DNA from: Paramoeba atlantica
Taxonomy: Eukaryota > Protista > Discosea
DNA: 64,000 nt
Direction of reading: 5' to 3'
Assembly (NCBI GenBank): GCA_977017575.1
Contig: CDRNVI010000049.1
Location: 445,917 to 509,916 of the forward strand
The number at the start of each line of letters is the position of its first letter. Position 1 is the stretch's first letter. Position numbers and translations under genes: made by a program. Positions 1 through 10,549 of this stretch are shown here, piece by piece. Under the pieces are notes generated by a model that saw only the letters and a program-made list of their open reading frames with translations, was not told the DNA's origin and did not search any database.

Positions 1-1
1 T

Positions 2-826
2 GACGTGAGAAGAAGAAGAAAGAAAAGGCAGAGGGAGGAGAGTACGGAGTGTGTCGCGACAGGAAGATAGAAGGGAGAAAAGACCCCCGGGACGTTGTGG
101 GGGTGTGGGGGTTGGAGTGGTGGGGATGAGGTTTGGTGGGGTGGTGGTGTCCACATGGGGCGTAGGCTCGCTGGTGGTTTCTGCAATTTCTCGGGTTTCG
201 GTTTCCGTGTGTGTATCTTCCTCGGTGACGGATTTTGTGATATTTTCCTTGCTACTTGACAAAGAAATTTCGGATAATTTCTCCTCCATTTTCCTTTCTT
301 CGGCTGTATTTTGGAACTCTCCGCCCGCTGCGACATTCGGTTGAGCGTCCGCCCCCACTTTCTCCTCCTTATCACTTTCTGTCGTCATGGCCTCATCTTT
401 TTTCTCCGCCGCACTCTTCTCAGCACCGCCGCACCTTTCCTGTACTCCATATTCCTCCTCACTCCTTGCCGGGGAGGGAGACGCAACCCTTTCCAATGTC
501 TTATTTTCCTTTGTGATATCTTCCTTTCCCGCTTTTTCTTCCCTTTCTTTCTCTTCCATCTCTTCACCCTCCTCGCCCTCACGGTAGCTCGTAAACGCAC
601 AAGTATGAGTTATGTTAAGCATTGCGGGACGACCCGGAGGCTTGTCTCGGGGCAGTTTCTTTTTTCGTCTAGAGGGGAGGTTTACAGGGCTTCGGTTCGC
701 CGGGGATCTCTCCTGTGATTCCGACAGTTCAAACCAAGAGGGCTCGGAAGGTTCACGGAGTAAGGGGGTGCGGACCTCGGCGTCGGTCCGGGAAGGGGTC
801 TCGGAGGGAGATAAGGTGTGGGTCAT
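2..826 (-). CDS. Hypothetical acidic/low-complexity protein, open at the window edge
   Basis: Manual translation from ATG at 826 (MTHTLSPSETPSRT...EEMEEKEREKAGKED...LCLFFLLLLTS) runs to the window start with no stop. It is absent from the ORF track because it has no stop codon. Same strand as the other host genes. Confidence 0.5.
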   Translation of the reverse strand, partial: MTHTLSPSETPSRTDAEVRTPLLREPSEPSWFELSESQERSPANRSPVNLPSRRKKKLPRDKPPGRPAMLNITHTCAFTSYREGEEGEEMEEKEREEKAGKEDITKENKTLERVASPSPARSEEEYGVQERCGGAEKSAAEKKDEAMTTESDKEEKVGADAQPNVAAGGEFQNTAEERKMEEKLSEISLSSSKENITKSVTEEDTHTETETREIAETTSEPTPHVDTTTPPNLIPTTPTPTPPQRPGGLFSLLSSCRDTLRTLLPLPFLSSSSHV

Positions 827-1183
827 GGGAAAATCACGCAGAAGAGGTGGTTGCTACACAGAGGACGGAATGCGGTGGTAGTGGACTCAGACTTGTGAAT
901 ATGGCGAAAAGGCGTAAGAAGTGTAGAAAAGTAGCTAAAAAAAGTGATGTGGGTTGTAGGTTACGTGGTCATTGGACCAGAATATTAAATTTTATGTAGT
1001 ATTTTCAGACAAAACAAAGGATGTCTTATTTTTAGATTAGCAGTGAGGAATGCAACATTGGTATGAAAATAATTGTGGAAGATTATGTTTCATTGAATTT
1101 GGAATACAAACAGTTCAAACTTATTTACTTCAATATGTTCTTTAATGATATTTCTAGCTCCATACTTCCAGCTTTGATCGCAC

Positions 1184-1500
1184 TTAGTCAAAGAGTCCCA
1201 GCCCCATGTCTTCGTCTTCCTCTTCCACGACTTCCTCTTTTTTCGCCTCGGCTGGGGCAGAGGTCCCAGAGGCAGCGGGAGCACTGCTGGGAGCAGCCGC
1301 ACCGGTCCCCAGCGTCTGCAACTTTGCACTCCCCTCCTCGATCAACTGCGCAATATCATTAGATCCTACCTCGTTAAACAAGTGCTCAATGCGGTCAGAA
1401 TCTGGCTCCACCCCTGCGGCACGTAAAATATCGGTTACGGTATCCTTAGTGGGTTTTTCTTCCCGAGAGAGGCAAGAGCGTATGCAGCTAGGTATTTCAT
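1184..1500 (-). CDS. RPLP2: 60S acidic ribosomal protein P2 (one apparent frameshift)
   Basis: ATG 1500 gives MKYLAAYALASLGK. The next frame gives KPTKDTVTDILRAAGVE...EEEDEDMGLGLFD, the P-protein C-terminus. One extra A in the A5 run near 1457-1461 joins the frames. Confidence 0.92.
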
Positions 1501-1646
1501 AGAAAGGGATAGTGAGAAGTGGGTTGTGTAAAAAAACGAAAAGTTGAAACTTTTTGAATAAATATATGAAAGTATTTGTACGGCACATCTGTCTACAAAG
1601 ATGATCAATTTCCCATTTCATTAAAGAGTTGAAAATGCCGTTCAAG

Positions 1647-1966
1647 TTACGACAAGAATTCGCTCAAATTATGTTGTTTTACGAATTCATGCAAACTAAT
1701 AAGCTTTATTCTAACGCCATCCATGATAGTACCCAAATCCCTACGCAGAGATACGGCACGACTGCGTAACGTGCATACCTCATAGAGGTCACAGTCCTCT
1801 CGTGGAAAACCGGCTCCATCTGTGAGCGAACCTTGCCGACCCGGTGCGGTAGCATCCAGCGTTATTTGAATCTCCTGAAGCTCAGCTTCCATAACGGACC
1901 GCTTTTCCGGATTTCCAATAATTCAGAGCGCATGGACAAGGCTTGGTTCAATATTTGATCGTCCAT
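1647..1966 (-). CDS. PSMD9: Nas2/PSMD9 N-terminal-domain protein (one apparent frameshift, no PDZ domain seen)
   Basis: Motif SLTDGAGFPREDCDLYEVCTLRSR matches Nas2_N (LvD.eGFPR.DiDv..vR..R). The upstream frame from ATG 1966 (MDDQILNQALSMRSELLEIRK) joins if one A is added in an A run near 1904-1907. Confidence 0.65.
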
Positions 1967-2580
1967 CTTAGCGTGGGAATACGGCTAAGTTTTCGGTGCG
2001 CTCTTCAGTAAATTTAGATCGTAACAAATAGTAATACTTCCTATAGAGAGAAATAGAAACGTAGCTCTTTCCAGTTCAATATCCAATACGTGGACATTGA
2101 GTAGTATAACAGTGGCCAAAAACAAAACAAAATGTAGTTTTGTACGACTTTTTATGTACATTTGTATTATCGGATCATACGCAAGTGGTGTGCCCTATGG
2201 TTCTTAACTAGAAATCGGCAAATACAGCAGAATTCTGTGCACAGTATAATGAACTACACTCTAAACTGTACGCACTCTAAACGTTATGCGACGCAAGTTT
2301 CATCAAAAACGAAGCCTTTACTCCACATAAATGATTAGCTTCGATAACTAACCTTCGAAAATTCACTGTACGTTCTACACTCTTTACTTCATCTCACCAT
2401 ATGCCTTGTATGCAGAACATGTGAAAAAAACATCTCTAGTGAAAGCAAGCAAAACGTTTCCGCTTCTTTTGACCCGTTTTCTACCCTTTCCTCTACCTTC
2501 CTTTGCAAATTTGCCTTTATCTGCGAACCCCATTCCCACCCCCTTCCCCCATTTCCCCTACGCAAACACCCTCCCCAGCG

Positions 2581-3690
2581 TCACCGCCACCACCGCCATC
2601 CCCACCACCCCCACCCCCAGGAGCCACAACTCCTCCTCCCCCCCACTCCCCTCCCCCTCCCCGACGCCCCCCCCGCCCCCCCCGCACCCCTCCATGTCCA
2701 TCTCCTCCTCCTCCTCCAGGTAGGCGTAGGAGTTGTGGCGGAAGGAGGGGGAGGGGGGAGGGGGGAGGGAGGGGAGGGAGTGAAGTGGGGGGAGAGCAGA
2801 GGGGGAGGGGACCCCGAGGGGGGGGATGACCTCACGTGTGCTGGGGGGGTCGGGGTGTCGGGGGGGGAGGGGGTGGGGGGGTTGTGGGAGTAGAGGGGGG
2901 TGGGGGAAGAGGAGGAGGAGGAGGAGGAGGGGAAGGGGGTAGTCCTGGAGGAACGGATGGTGTTAGAGGGGTGGGAGGAGGAGGAGGAAGAGGAAGAGGA
3001 AGGTGGGTGTGTGAAGATAGGAGGAGAAGGAGGAGGGGGAGGGGGGGTACGGTGTAGTGGGGGTGTAGGATGAGGACGGGAGGTGGGGGTGCTGGGAGTG
3101 GGAGTGGGCGTAGGGGGTTTAGGGGGTGAGGGATTTGTAGGGGGTGAAGGGTTTTGGGTGGGTGGAGGAGTTGGAGTGGGGAAGGGATTTGCCGTGGATA
3201 AACGTCGTGCGGGCTGTAAAGGCTCTTTAGTGGGCAAAGGATGTGTCGTGGGTGAATGCGTTTCAAGGGGTAACGGATTTTTCGTTGGCGAAGGATGTTT
3301 TGTGGGTGAAGGAGTTTCAGATGGTACACGATGGGTGCACGTGGGTAGATAGCTTCCAGTGGGCAGGTGGTCTCCACGCTCAGTGGAGAAATGACGTTCA
3401 GATGATAAAGGATTTTCAGTGGGTACATGTGAAGCGTCTAATGGCTGTACTTCATCACTTTTCAAAGTATCCGAAATTGGGAACGATGAGCTTGGCTTCG
3501 AGCTCGGTGTTGTTTCTACTTTTGCAATCCCGCGAGGTGTCGTTCGATTCGTTTCGGCTATTGCTTGATTCTCTGAAGTTTCTGTGCCATGGGGGTGTTC
3601 TTTGCGGCTAACGTCACTTTGAGAAACGCTTGGATCGAGGCGGCGTCTCCATTTTCCGGGTGACTTCCCCGACCTCTGATTTTCTCTCAT
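2581..3690 (-). CDS. Pro/Thr/Ser-rich low-complexity hypothetical protein
   Basis: 369-aa ORF on the gene strand. The 3' half is poly-C/poly-G low-complexity sequence, so frame and end are uncertain. Confidence 0.35.
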   Translation of the reverse strand: MRENQRSGKSPGKWRRRLDPSVSQSDVSRKEHPHGTETSENQAIAETNRTTPRGIAKVETTPSSKPSSSFPISDTLKSDEVQPLDASHVPTENPLSSERHFSTERGDHLPTGSYLPTCTHRVPSETPSPTKHPSPTKNPLPLETHSPTTHPLPTKEPLQPARRLSTANPFPTPTPPPTQNPSPPTNPSPPKPPTPTPTPSTPTSRPHPTPPLHRTPPPPPPSPPIFTHPPSSSSSSSSSHPSNTIRSSRTTPFPSSSSSSSSPTPLYSHNPPTPSPPDTPTPPAHVRSSPPSGSPPPLLSPHFTPSPPSPLPPPPPSATTPTPTWRRRRRWTWRGAGGAGGASGRGRGVGGRRSCGSWGWGWWGWRWWR

Positions 3691-4221
3691 GATAATTTAA
3701 ATCGGTATTGAGTAAAGCAAATTAAACTTTTGTTTGTGAACCAGCATGGCAAAAATAATGTGACCCTCATATTTATTTGTCACCACTTTTCGAGAAAAGG
3801 ACATTCAAGTAGCGGGGTTAGGCTATATTACACATGGGCTATAATATAGCCTATATTATGCATGGGCTGTAGAAGTCCCTGGTAGTCTGAAGCCAATAGT
3901 ACTTCACTACGATCTCTATCTTTAAAAAAATGCACTACTCGTTGGTTAATACGGAATAAAAAGATAGTGAGCAAAAAATTATGGTCTGAATGAAGGCAAG
4001 AAAAATGTAATAAAGGAAACATTATGCGCAAGATTTACTGCAAAACGAACATAACGTGCAAGATTTACATTATGAAAGTGACATCATAATACGTGCATTT
4101 ATCGGACGAAAATTATGACATAAACGTTTTAAAAAAAGCTTTTAAAAGCTTTTTTAAAAATGCAGTGGCTTTGACATAAAAACAATGGTTGTCTGTCTTG
4201 GGATCCCCTAGCGCTAGTGAG

Positions 4222-6204
4222 TCAATAGCTACCAAGACGTTGTGTTCTCCTGTTATACGAATAACTGTCTTTCTTCTTGAATTGGGCATTCCTGATCGGG
4301 TTTTGTGAAATGTACGGCCGTTTGCGCCAGCCATGTTTGAAATTAGTGAAATCACTGCGCGAGTCGTTTGCTTTCGCTTGGGGAGAATCCCTTTGCACGT
4401 CATTGGGTTGAGTCTTGGAATCCCCTGATAATTTTTCGTATTGATTGTCTTGGATTTCCATGCGATTCTGGGAACTTTTACTCGACTCTACAGGCTGAGA
4501 GTCTTCAGAGGAAGAAACAGATGGTAAAATTCGAACTGGTTTCAGTAGATCTGGCGATAAAGTCAGTGCAGGAGAATCTATTTTTCTATGATTTGAGAGC
4601 CTACGTTTGGACGAATAAGAAGTGGAGGTACGAAATTGGTTATATTTCAAGCCTTGTTCTTTCCTCTCAGGACCCATTGCAGGAGAGCTAGACAGAACAC
4701 GGACTGAAGCATCTGACCGGGACGTATGGGGCGCAGAACATGGTTGACAAGATCTACGATCTGAATCGAATACCGCTGTAGACGTAACTCGGGATAAAAC
4801 TTCACTACCACTATGCGTTAAAACTTTATTTTTGTTAAAATTGATGCTGCCTCTGATCTCTGTTTCCTCTTTCGCAAGCTTCGAATGCGATGATGCACGT
4901 GCAAATGCGGAGCTTGTATTTTCTGGGTAATTCTCACTTTGTGATATCTTACCAGTTTTAATTTTTAGGTCAGCGAATAAGGCAGAGTTTGGGGAGATTG
5001 CAACTGAAATTTTAGATACGGGCTTCAATTTCGCATCGTTCGTTTTTTCCGTGATTGAAGGAACAGCGTTAGTTTTCTGCACGTCACAAGCACGCAGCAA
5101 GGGTTTCTTCGCGCCATCCTGGCCCAAAGTAATCTTGGGGAGTTCTGGTGCTGAACTTTCACTACATGATTTCATCGCAGTCTTGTCTGAAGAACATTTT
5201 TCAGGCAATCTGTTTGATATCTCAGACTCCGTCTTCACACTTTCTTTTAAAGTCATCCTAGTCGAATTAGGCGCAGCACTTTCTTGAACAGAATAATTTT
5301 TGTTGTGAGAAGCATCTTCATCTCGATTTTTCCCTTTTTCTGTCTTCCAGGAACAACGTGAAGGCTCCACACACTCAGTTCTGTTTTGTAAAATGGGTGA
5401 AGGAATAGATGCTTCATCGTCCTGGCGCGACAACGTCTCAATCTTCGCAGAAGTATCGCTACATACTGGTGTAATGTCTTTTGATACTATACTATTTTGG
5501 AATCGGGTAGCACGTGCTTCAGAATGCTTCAATACCGTTGTTTCCAGGTAGATCGTTGCTTTTTTGAGGTTCGGTTGATGATCCTGAGGACCGTTTGACT
5601 TCACAAATGAACCGGTGCATGTGTAATCCGTTGCACACACTTCTTGTGGCTCCACTACTGCAGCATCCGACGATTTATTATTCAAGTTCGAAGATTTGCG
5701 CCTAAATTCGTTCCGATTTCCACAAGGTACTCTCAGTTTATTTTCAATTATTTGGACTAGAATTGCAAAACACTTCTTTAAGTTTGTATCAAATCTAGTA
5801 ATGAATGCTAACGTAAGAATAAAAGAATACCGCGTTATTCGCTGTACTAAATTCCAAATAAGAAAGGACGAAATTTTCTTTCGATAAACTTTGCCTTTCT
5901 TGGACCTACAGCACACGTTAACCTGCTTTCGCGGTGCGCTGGAATCATGATCTCGATGATCTTGGGAAGCTATTCGGTGTCTACTCCTTCTCGCTGAAAT
6001 CAACATCGCATCATTGTACATATCTAACTCATTTGTTAAAGTGTCTACCTGAGTTTTTCGCCCCGAGCCTTTTGAGACAGTTGTTTTCCAAGATGGTAGA
6101 CTACGGGAAGAAGACGAAGTGCTAAATTGCTGCAGTTTGGGAGAAGTGATGCGGCGTTGGAGATGTCCGCGGTATGCCGCACGAGCTTGCAATCTAGTGA
6201 GCAT
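4222..6204 (-). CDS. Hypothetical Ser/Lys-rich protein with an IQ-like N-terminal motif
   Basis: 660-aa ATG-started ORF. LQARAAYRGHLQRR resembles an IQ motif with a 2-aa insertion, and there is one hydrophobic segment. Confidence 0.6.
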   Translation of the reverse strand: MLTRLQARAAYRGHLQRRITSPKLQQFSTSSSSRSLPSWKTTVSKGSGRKTQVDTLTNELDMYNDAMLISARRSRHRIASQDHRDHDSSAPRKQVNVCCRSKKGKVYRKKISSFLIWNLVQRITRYSFILTLAFITRFDTNLKKCFAILVQIIENKLRVPCGNRNEFRRKSSNLNNKSSDAAVVEPQEVCATDYTCTGSFVKSNGPQDHQPNLKKATIYLETTVLKHSEARATRFQNSIVSKDITPVCSDTSAKIETLSRQDDEASIPSPILQNRTECVEPSRCSWKTEKGKNRDEDASHNKNYSVQESAAPNSTRMTLKESVKTESEISNRLPEKCSSDKTAMKSCSESSAPELPKITLGQDGAKKPLLRACDVQKTNAVPSITEKTNDAKLKPVSKISVAISPNSALFADLKIKTGKISQSENYPENTSSAFARASSHSKLAKEETEIRGSINFNKNKVLTHSGSEVLSRVTSTAVFDSDRRSCQPCSAPHTSRSDASVRVLSSSPAMGPERKEQGLKYNQFRTSTSYSSKRRLSNHRKIDSPALTLSPDLLKPVRILPSVSSSEDSQPVESSKSSQNRMEIQDNQYEKLSGDSKTQPNDVQRDSPQAKANDSRSDFTNFKHGWRKRPYISQNPIRNAQFKKKDSYSYNRRTQRLGSY

Positions 6205-6917
6205 TGGTGGGTTTTCCGCGGCTGTAATAAGACTTACGAGTCACAGCATTGGCCAAAATCGGGACTCTGTTCCGACACATGTTGTGTTTATATTTATGAA
6301 GTGTATTGTCATTGCACATTGTATTTGTGCATGTAGAGCGGTTATCCTTTTATACAAAACCGTCAAAAAGTAGTAGAACGAAAATTAAAAGGAATCATAC
6401 ACCAAAATTTGATTTCTGTCACTGTATGCACCAAAATTTGATTTCTGGCGCAAAATTCTACTAAGGAACACGGTTTGATGCGTTGAATAGCTGCGTTTTT
6501 TGGAGAATAGAGTTTAGAGAATAGAGTTTTTTGGAATAGAGTCAATCTCCATACTGTACTAAAGTGTAGAATTTTCATCCCAAGCATAGTGGGTGCACTA
6601 CGATTTCGACGAGAGAGTGTCGCACCAGCTTTGTATTCATGAGACCGTACAGTGCGAGTGCGTACATCAACAGCCACCCTTTTTGTATCTCACTCATTTC
6701 GGTGGATTCAAGAAGATGAACACCAGAATTGACGATTCCCACCATAATTGGATGAATACCAAAATATTAGCGGTGAGTAAGATGGGTGACAAAGGGATCG
6801 GAATACTTCCTATTTGTGTAAATGATGTGTTTCGTTACTTCACTAAGAAGTGGAGTTTTTATACGAGCGTAAAATGCAGATATGGACATTACCTAACCGC
6901 ACTAAATCAGAAATTCT

Positions 6918-7307
6918 TCAACCTTCCCCTTGCAGCAATTTTCTTACCTGGGCCTCGTCTCTGATTTGGTATAATGACGCTATAATCTCGTCTTGCTTGG
7001 TTTGGTACCATCTATCCGGGATTTCGATCTGTCCTTTTGCTCGGTTTGGTCGAAGTAACCCATAGAGCTCACGGGTGTCCTCCCTAAGCTGCGGGATTGT
7101 TCTATCCACCGCAAAACTGCGCATAGGCAAGGAACAGAAATAGAGCACCGAGCCAAAGGTAACACCAATCAGAATGTTCACCCTCATAGATCTCTGTTCA
7201 AGATAAATATCTAAGGAAGCTTTCCGATGGGCGTATCTCTGGTGATACCGTATGAGTGGATTTAGAACGTATTTTGCCAAAAAAGTCGCCCATCGAACAC
7301 GAGGCAT
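6918..7307 (-). CDS. Small hypothetical protein with one predicted TM segment
   Basis: ATG 7307 (MPRVRWATFLAKY), hydrophobic stretch VNILIGVTFGSVLYFCSL, on the gene strand. Confidence 0.5.
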   Translation of the reverse strand: MPRVRWATFLAKYVLNPLIRYHQRYAHRKASLDIYLEQRSMRVNILIGVTFGSVLYFCSLPMRSFAVDRTIPQLREDTRELYGLLRPNRAKGQIEIPDRWYQTKQDEIIASLYQIRDEAQVRKLLQGEG

Positions 7308-7337
7308 CACGTAATAGCAAATAATTCAGTAAAAAGA

Positions 7338-7465
7338 CTTCTCTTACCCTTGAATTTATTCTCATATAGTAAATACAATTGCCAAGGGAGGTGGGGAAAA
7401 AGCCTTCTCTTACCCTTGAATTTATTCTCATACAGTAAATACAATTGCTAAGGGAGGTGGGGAAA
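7338..7465. repeat. Tandem duplication, 66-bp unit x2
   Basis: CTTCTCTTACCCTTGAATTTATTCTCATA...AAGGGAGGTGGGGAAA starts at 7338 and again at 7404. Confidence 0.9.
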
Positions 7466-7729
7466 GGATTGGCTAGGGGGACCTTTGATGAGGCTTCATC
7501 GAAAGTGTTTTTGACCGCTTTTTGACTTTTTTTTGTTTTGTTTTTGAATGAATTCTTTCTTGGGGCGTTAAAAACGCGTTAGATGTAACATATTTTCATT
7601 CTGAATTGATTTATTTTTTTCTCTGAATTCTGACTTTCTGCTTTCTCACTCTCATTCTTCCTTAAAAAGGAAGCTTAAATTTTTATCTGTATACTTACTA
7701 CAAAAAAAGCAAATATAAAATAAGGTATA

Positions 7730-8343
7730 CAGGGGGGATAACCAATATCGGGACACCTCCCATTTTTGGGCCATGGGTCCGTTTCACCTGATTTCTGTTG
7801 CAAAAGAGAGATCTCGACGCGAATATGATCGGAACGACATTTTGCGCCTATTTAAACATACTTGTAAAAAATAGTATAAAAAAAATAAAAAACATCTTCA
7901 AAAAATATGCAAATTTATGTAAAAATTGTGCCAATCCCGTTAATATTGTCCACTAAAGGATACAATTCTCTTTTATTGCACCGGGTCATGGGCAAGCCCG
8001 TCGTGCGGGATTGCAAGCAGGCCCAAACATTATTGATTGGCCCTCACTATTGATTGGCCTTAAGTCACCTGACTTAAACTTGATAGAAAACTTGTGGTCA
8101 ATCATGGATGACTACATTCATAGTTCTTTGCGTCCGAAAAATACGCATGACTTGCGAGAGGCCATACCCAAGGCTATTGAATATCTCCTAACCGAAAAGC
8201 GGGATATCCTAGAGAAGACTCTGAAGAGCCTCCCAAAACGGTTAGAAGAGTTACGAAAGTGTAAAGGGGGTTATTTCATACTAAATAACTTTTTCAATGC
8301 TTTTTAATCCACATTTTAAGACATTTTATTCCACATTTTCAAA
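7730..8343 (+). mobile_element. Truncated Tc1/mariner derivative (same family as 45620-47008)
   Basis: TA followed by the CAGGGGGG left TIR, shared with 45620. Transposase C-terminal remnant KSPDLNLIENLWSIMD at 8011-8307. Right TIR missing. Confidence 0.8.
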
Positions 8344-8523
8344 TGTCCCCCCCCGTTTAAGCGCACCTCGTTTTCCGCGAAAAGTGCGCTTAAACGGGGA
8401 GGTCTGAATCACTCCGTAAAAAAACATTTGGCGCCGCTTCGCGGCGCCGGGATCTTTCCTTCAACTCTATGTGCGCTTAAACGGGGGGGTCTGATCGGGT
8501 GCGCTTAAGGAGAGGGGGGACAG
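8344..8523. mobile_element. MITE of the CTGY-CCCCCC family (second copy at 41418-41593)
   Basis: Near-identical ~177-bp body to 41418-41593, ending GGGGGGACAG + TA. Confidence 0.8.
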
Positions 8524-8575
8524 TAATAATAAAGTAATGTTATTTATGAATAATTACTCCCTATAAGATACCCGT

Positions 8576-9470
8576 TTGCCGCCATTGAAACGTGGCGACC
8601 GAAATGATCTGGACGTTGCCACGCTGTATGGCGATGCCAAAGGCCATTATAGCATTCGTTCCTGGGAAATCTCATACAGTATCCAGATTTTCAACCACCG
8701 AGAGTCTGGCTCTCGAAATGCCTGCAGAATTAAGAAAGGCAAGTTCGAGCCGTACATATCGATGCGCAGCCATCTGACTCCCAGCATTCTGCTACCTATC
8801 TGAACCGACATCGCGAATCAGACGTGCACCGGCCAGATTTGCCACAATAGATGGGTGGGTCGCAGAACTGTGCAGGAGGCGGACGCAGCCCTTGCTCAAG
8901 TGCAGATGGAACACTATGAATTTTACCGAATTCAGGTTGATGAAACCTTTATTATAACGGACCTATAAATTATAGTAAAATGTAAATATCAGCGGGAGAG
9001 GCGACAGCGCAAACTGGGGCGGTGGTTTGTGACAGTGACCGAGATCCGAGGTCAAGAAATGGGAAGAAACCATTGGAAGCTAGTGAACCGAAGAGATTCG
9101 GAAACTCTTCACAACTTTATTCTTCCGCACTTGACAAGTGCGAGGTCCGTGGTCAGGGACTGTTGGGGGGCGTACACTACTCTGGGTGAATCACAGAGTG
9201 GAGTTTGTGAACTCCCAAGGGTACCACACGAACACCGCTGAAGAGTCGCATCGCATCATCAAGGACCGGGTACGGAAGCAGCACTACAATCTTGGTGCCA
9301 CGCCCTTGGAATTCATGCGAAACGTGGCCCTTCAACTGGGGGACGTCCACAACGGGCGAGAGACCGCGTGGCAAGTTCGCACGGCAAACCTTTTCACGTG
9401 CTTCCGGGAGTATTACGGAAGTGACGTAGGAAGTGACGTTCGCTGCGCATGGAGCCCGTACCAGCTATGA
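8576..9470 (+). pseudogene. Merlin/IS1595 (ISXO2-like) transposase remnant
   Basis: IQVDETF, SVVRDCWGAY and VNHRVEFVNSQGYHTNTAE motifs, broken by stops and frameshifts. Confidence 0.8.
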
Positions 9471-9504
9471 AAAAGATATTTTCTATACAAAAGAATTTTT
9501 TATA

Positions 9505-10448
9505 AAGGGGGGGCTCGTCTATTGTTGGCAACTTTTTTGCCAAAAATAGCCGATTGCCAACAATAGATGATACAATACCCCCCTTAACCAACAATAGATG
9601 GAACGGCAATAAAATCATCTATTGTTGGCTATCAAGGCAACTTTTATCACTCATCTATCAACTACTTTTATCACTCATCTATCAACTACTTTTATCACTT
9701 ACACTACCGTCGCCCCCCCTCACATACACGAGTATACAATTACCTATCCTCGAAAAAGAGGAAATTTTCGAAAATTTACGAAAAAAGTGGAAATTTTGAC
9801 CTTCGCAGATTCCGTATGTATGACGGAGTTTATCCGTCATACATACAACCAACTGTATACAAGATACAGTTTCTGTACCTTGTTGGTACATTTTCCTTTA
9901 GTTCATCTTTTCTTTCCCCGGCAACGGGCATAGTCTTACTGTTTATATGCCCGTTGCCGGCTGGCACTAAGGCCGAAACTGTCCCTCTTTCTCGTCGAAG
10001 CAGGGGACGCGCTTCCACCCCATCACCCCTCCCCGGCTCACTCTTTGAGTGAGCTTACTTCCCTCCCCGGATTTCTTCCTTTCGCGCCCTTTCCTTCCCG
10101 GGGAGCCATGCACCATGTTTGCCTCCCTTGAGCACCACTGGGCGTGGCTCTGCCTCGTCTTATCGCGAGGCAGCGGTCGGTAGCAGTGCGCCCCTCCGGC
10201 TGCGTAAAGAGAGGGCGAGTTGCCTGGGCCCCCTCTACCGACAGAGTCCGTGCTAATCCCCTTGGTGCGACATCCGTCATTACAGATTGTGCCGATGATA
10301 TCGGCTGTCGTATCAAGGGCTGTATCTCTGCGCCAACGAGCGCATGAACATCGAACATGAGTCAAAAAAATCAAAATCAATTAAATCTCAACAATAACCG
10401 ATTACCAACAATGGGTGATTTTATAACAATAGATGTACCCCCCCCCTT
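9505..10448. mobile_element. MITE with AAGGGGGG termini and TA TSD, carrying an SL-headed repeat
   Basis: TA-AAGGGGGGGCTCGTCTATTGTT at left, AACAATAGATGTACCCCCCCCCTT-TA at right, with internal CCAACAATAGATG repeats. Confidence 0.75.
9861..10351 (+). repeat. SL-exon-headed GC-rich structured repeat, copy 1
   Basis: Begins AAGATACAGTTTCTGTACCTTGTTG|GTAC (kinetoplastid SL core plus donor). The body is near-identical to 16105-16680 on the opposite strand. Confidence 0.8.
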
Positions 10449-10549
10449 TAGTATAAAAAATCAGGTATTTCTGTTGGTGTTTCTCTGGGAATAGAATATT
10501 ATTTACGGAATATCTTTCCAGGAAACTTACAACAAAAATCGAACATTTC

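Noticed and set aside
6593-6964. 123-aa plus-strand ORF (also 24218-24550)
   Set aside because: Antisense to the gene cluster, no recognisable domain and no TE context. Probably spurious or the shadow of a frameshifted minus-strand gene.
9861-9960. Canonical SL RNA gene
   Set aside because: The exon is 5'-truncated in the clearest copy, no Sm site or terminal T-tract at the expected distance was found, and the copies are dispersed insertions rather than an array.
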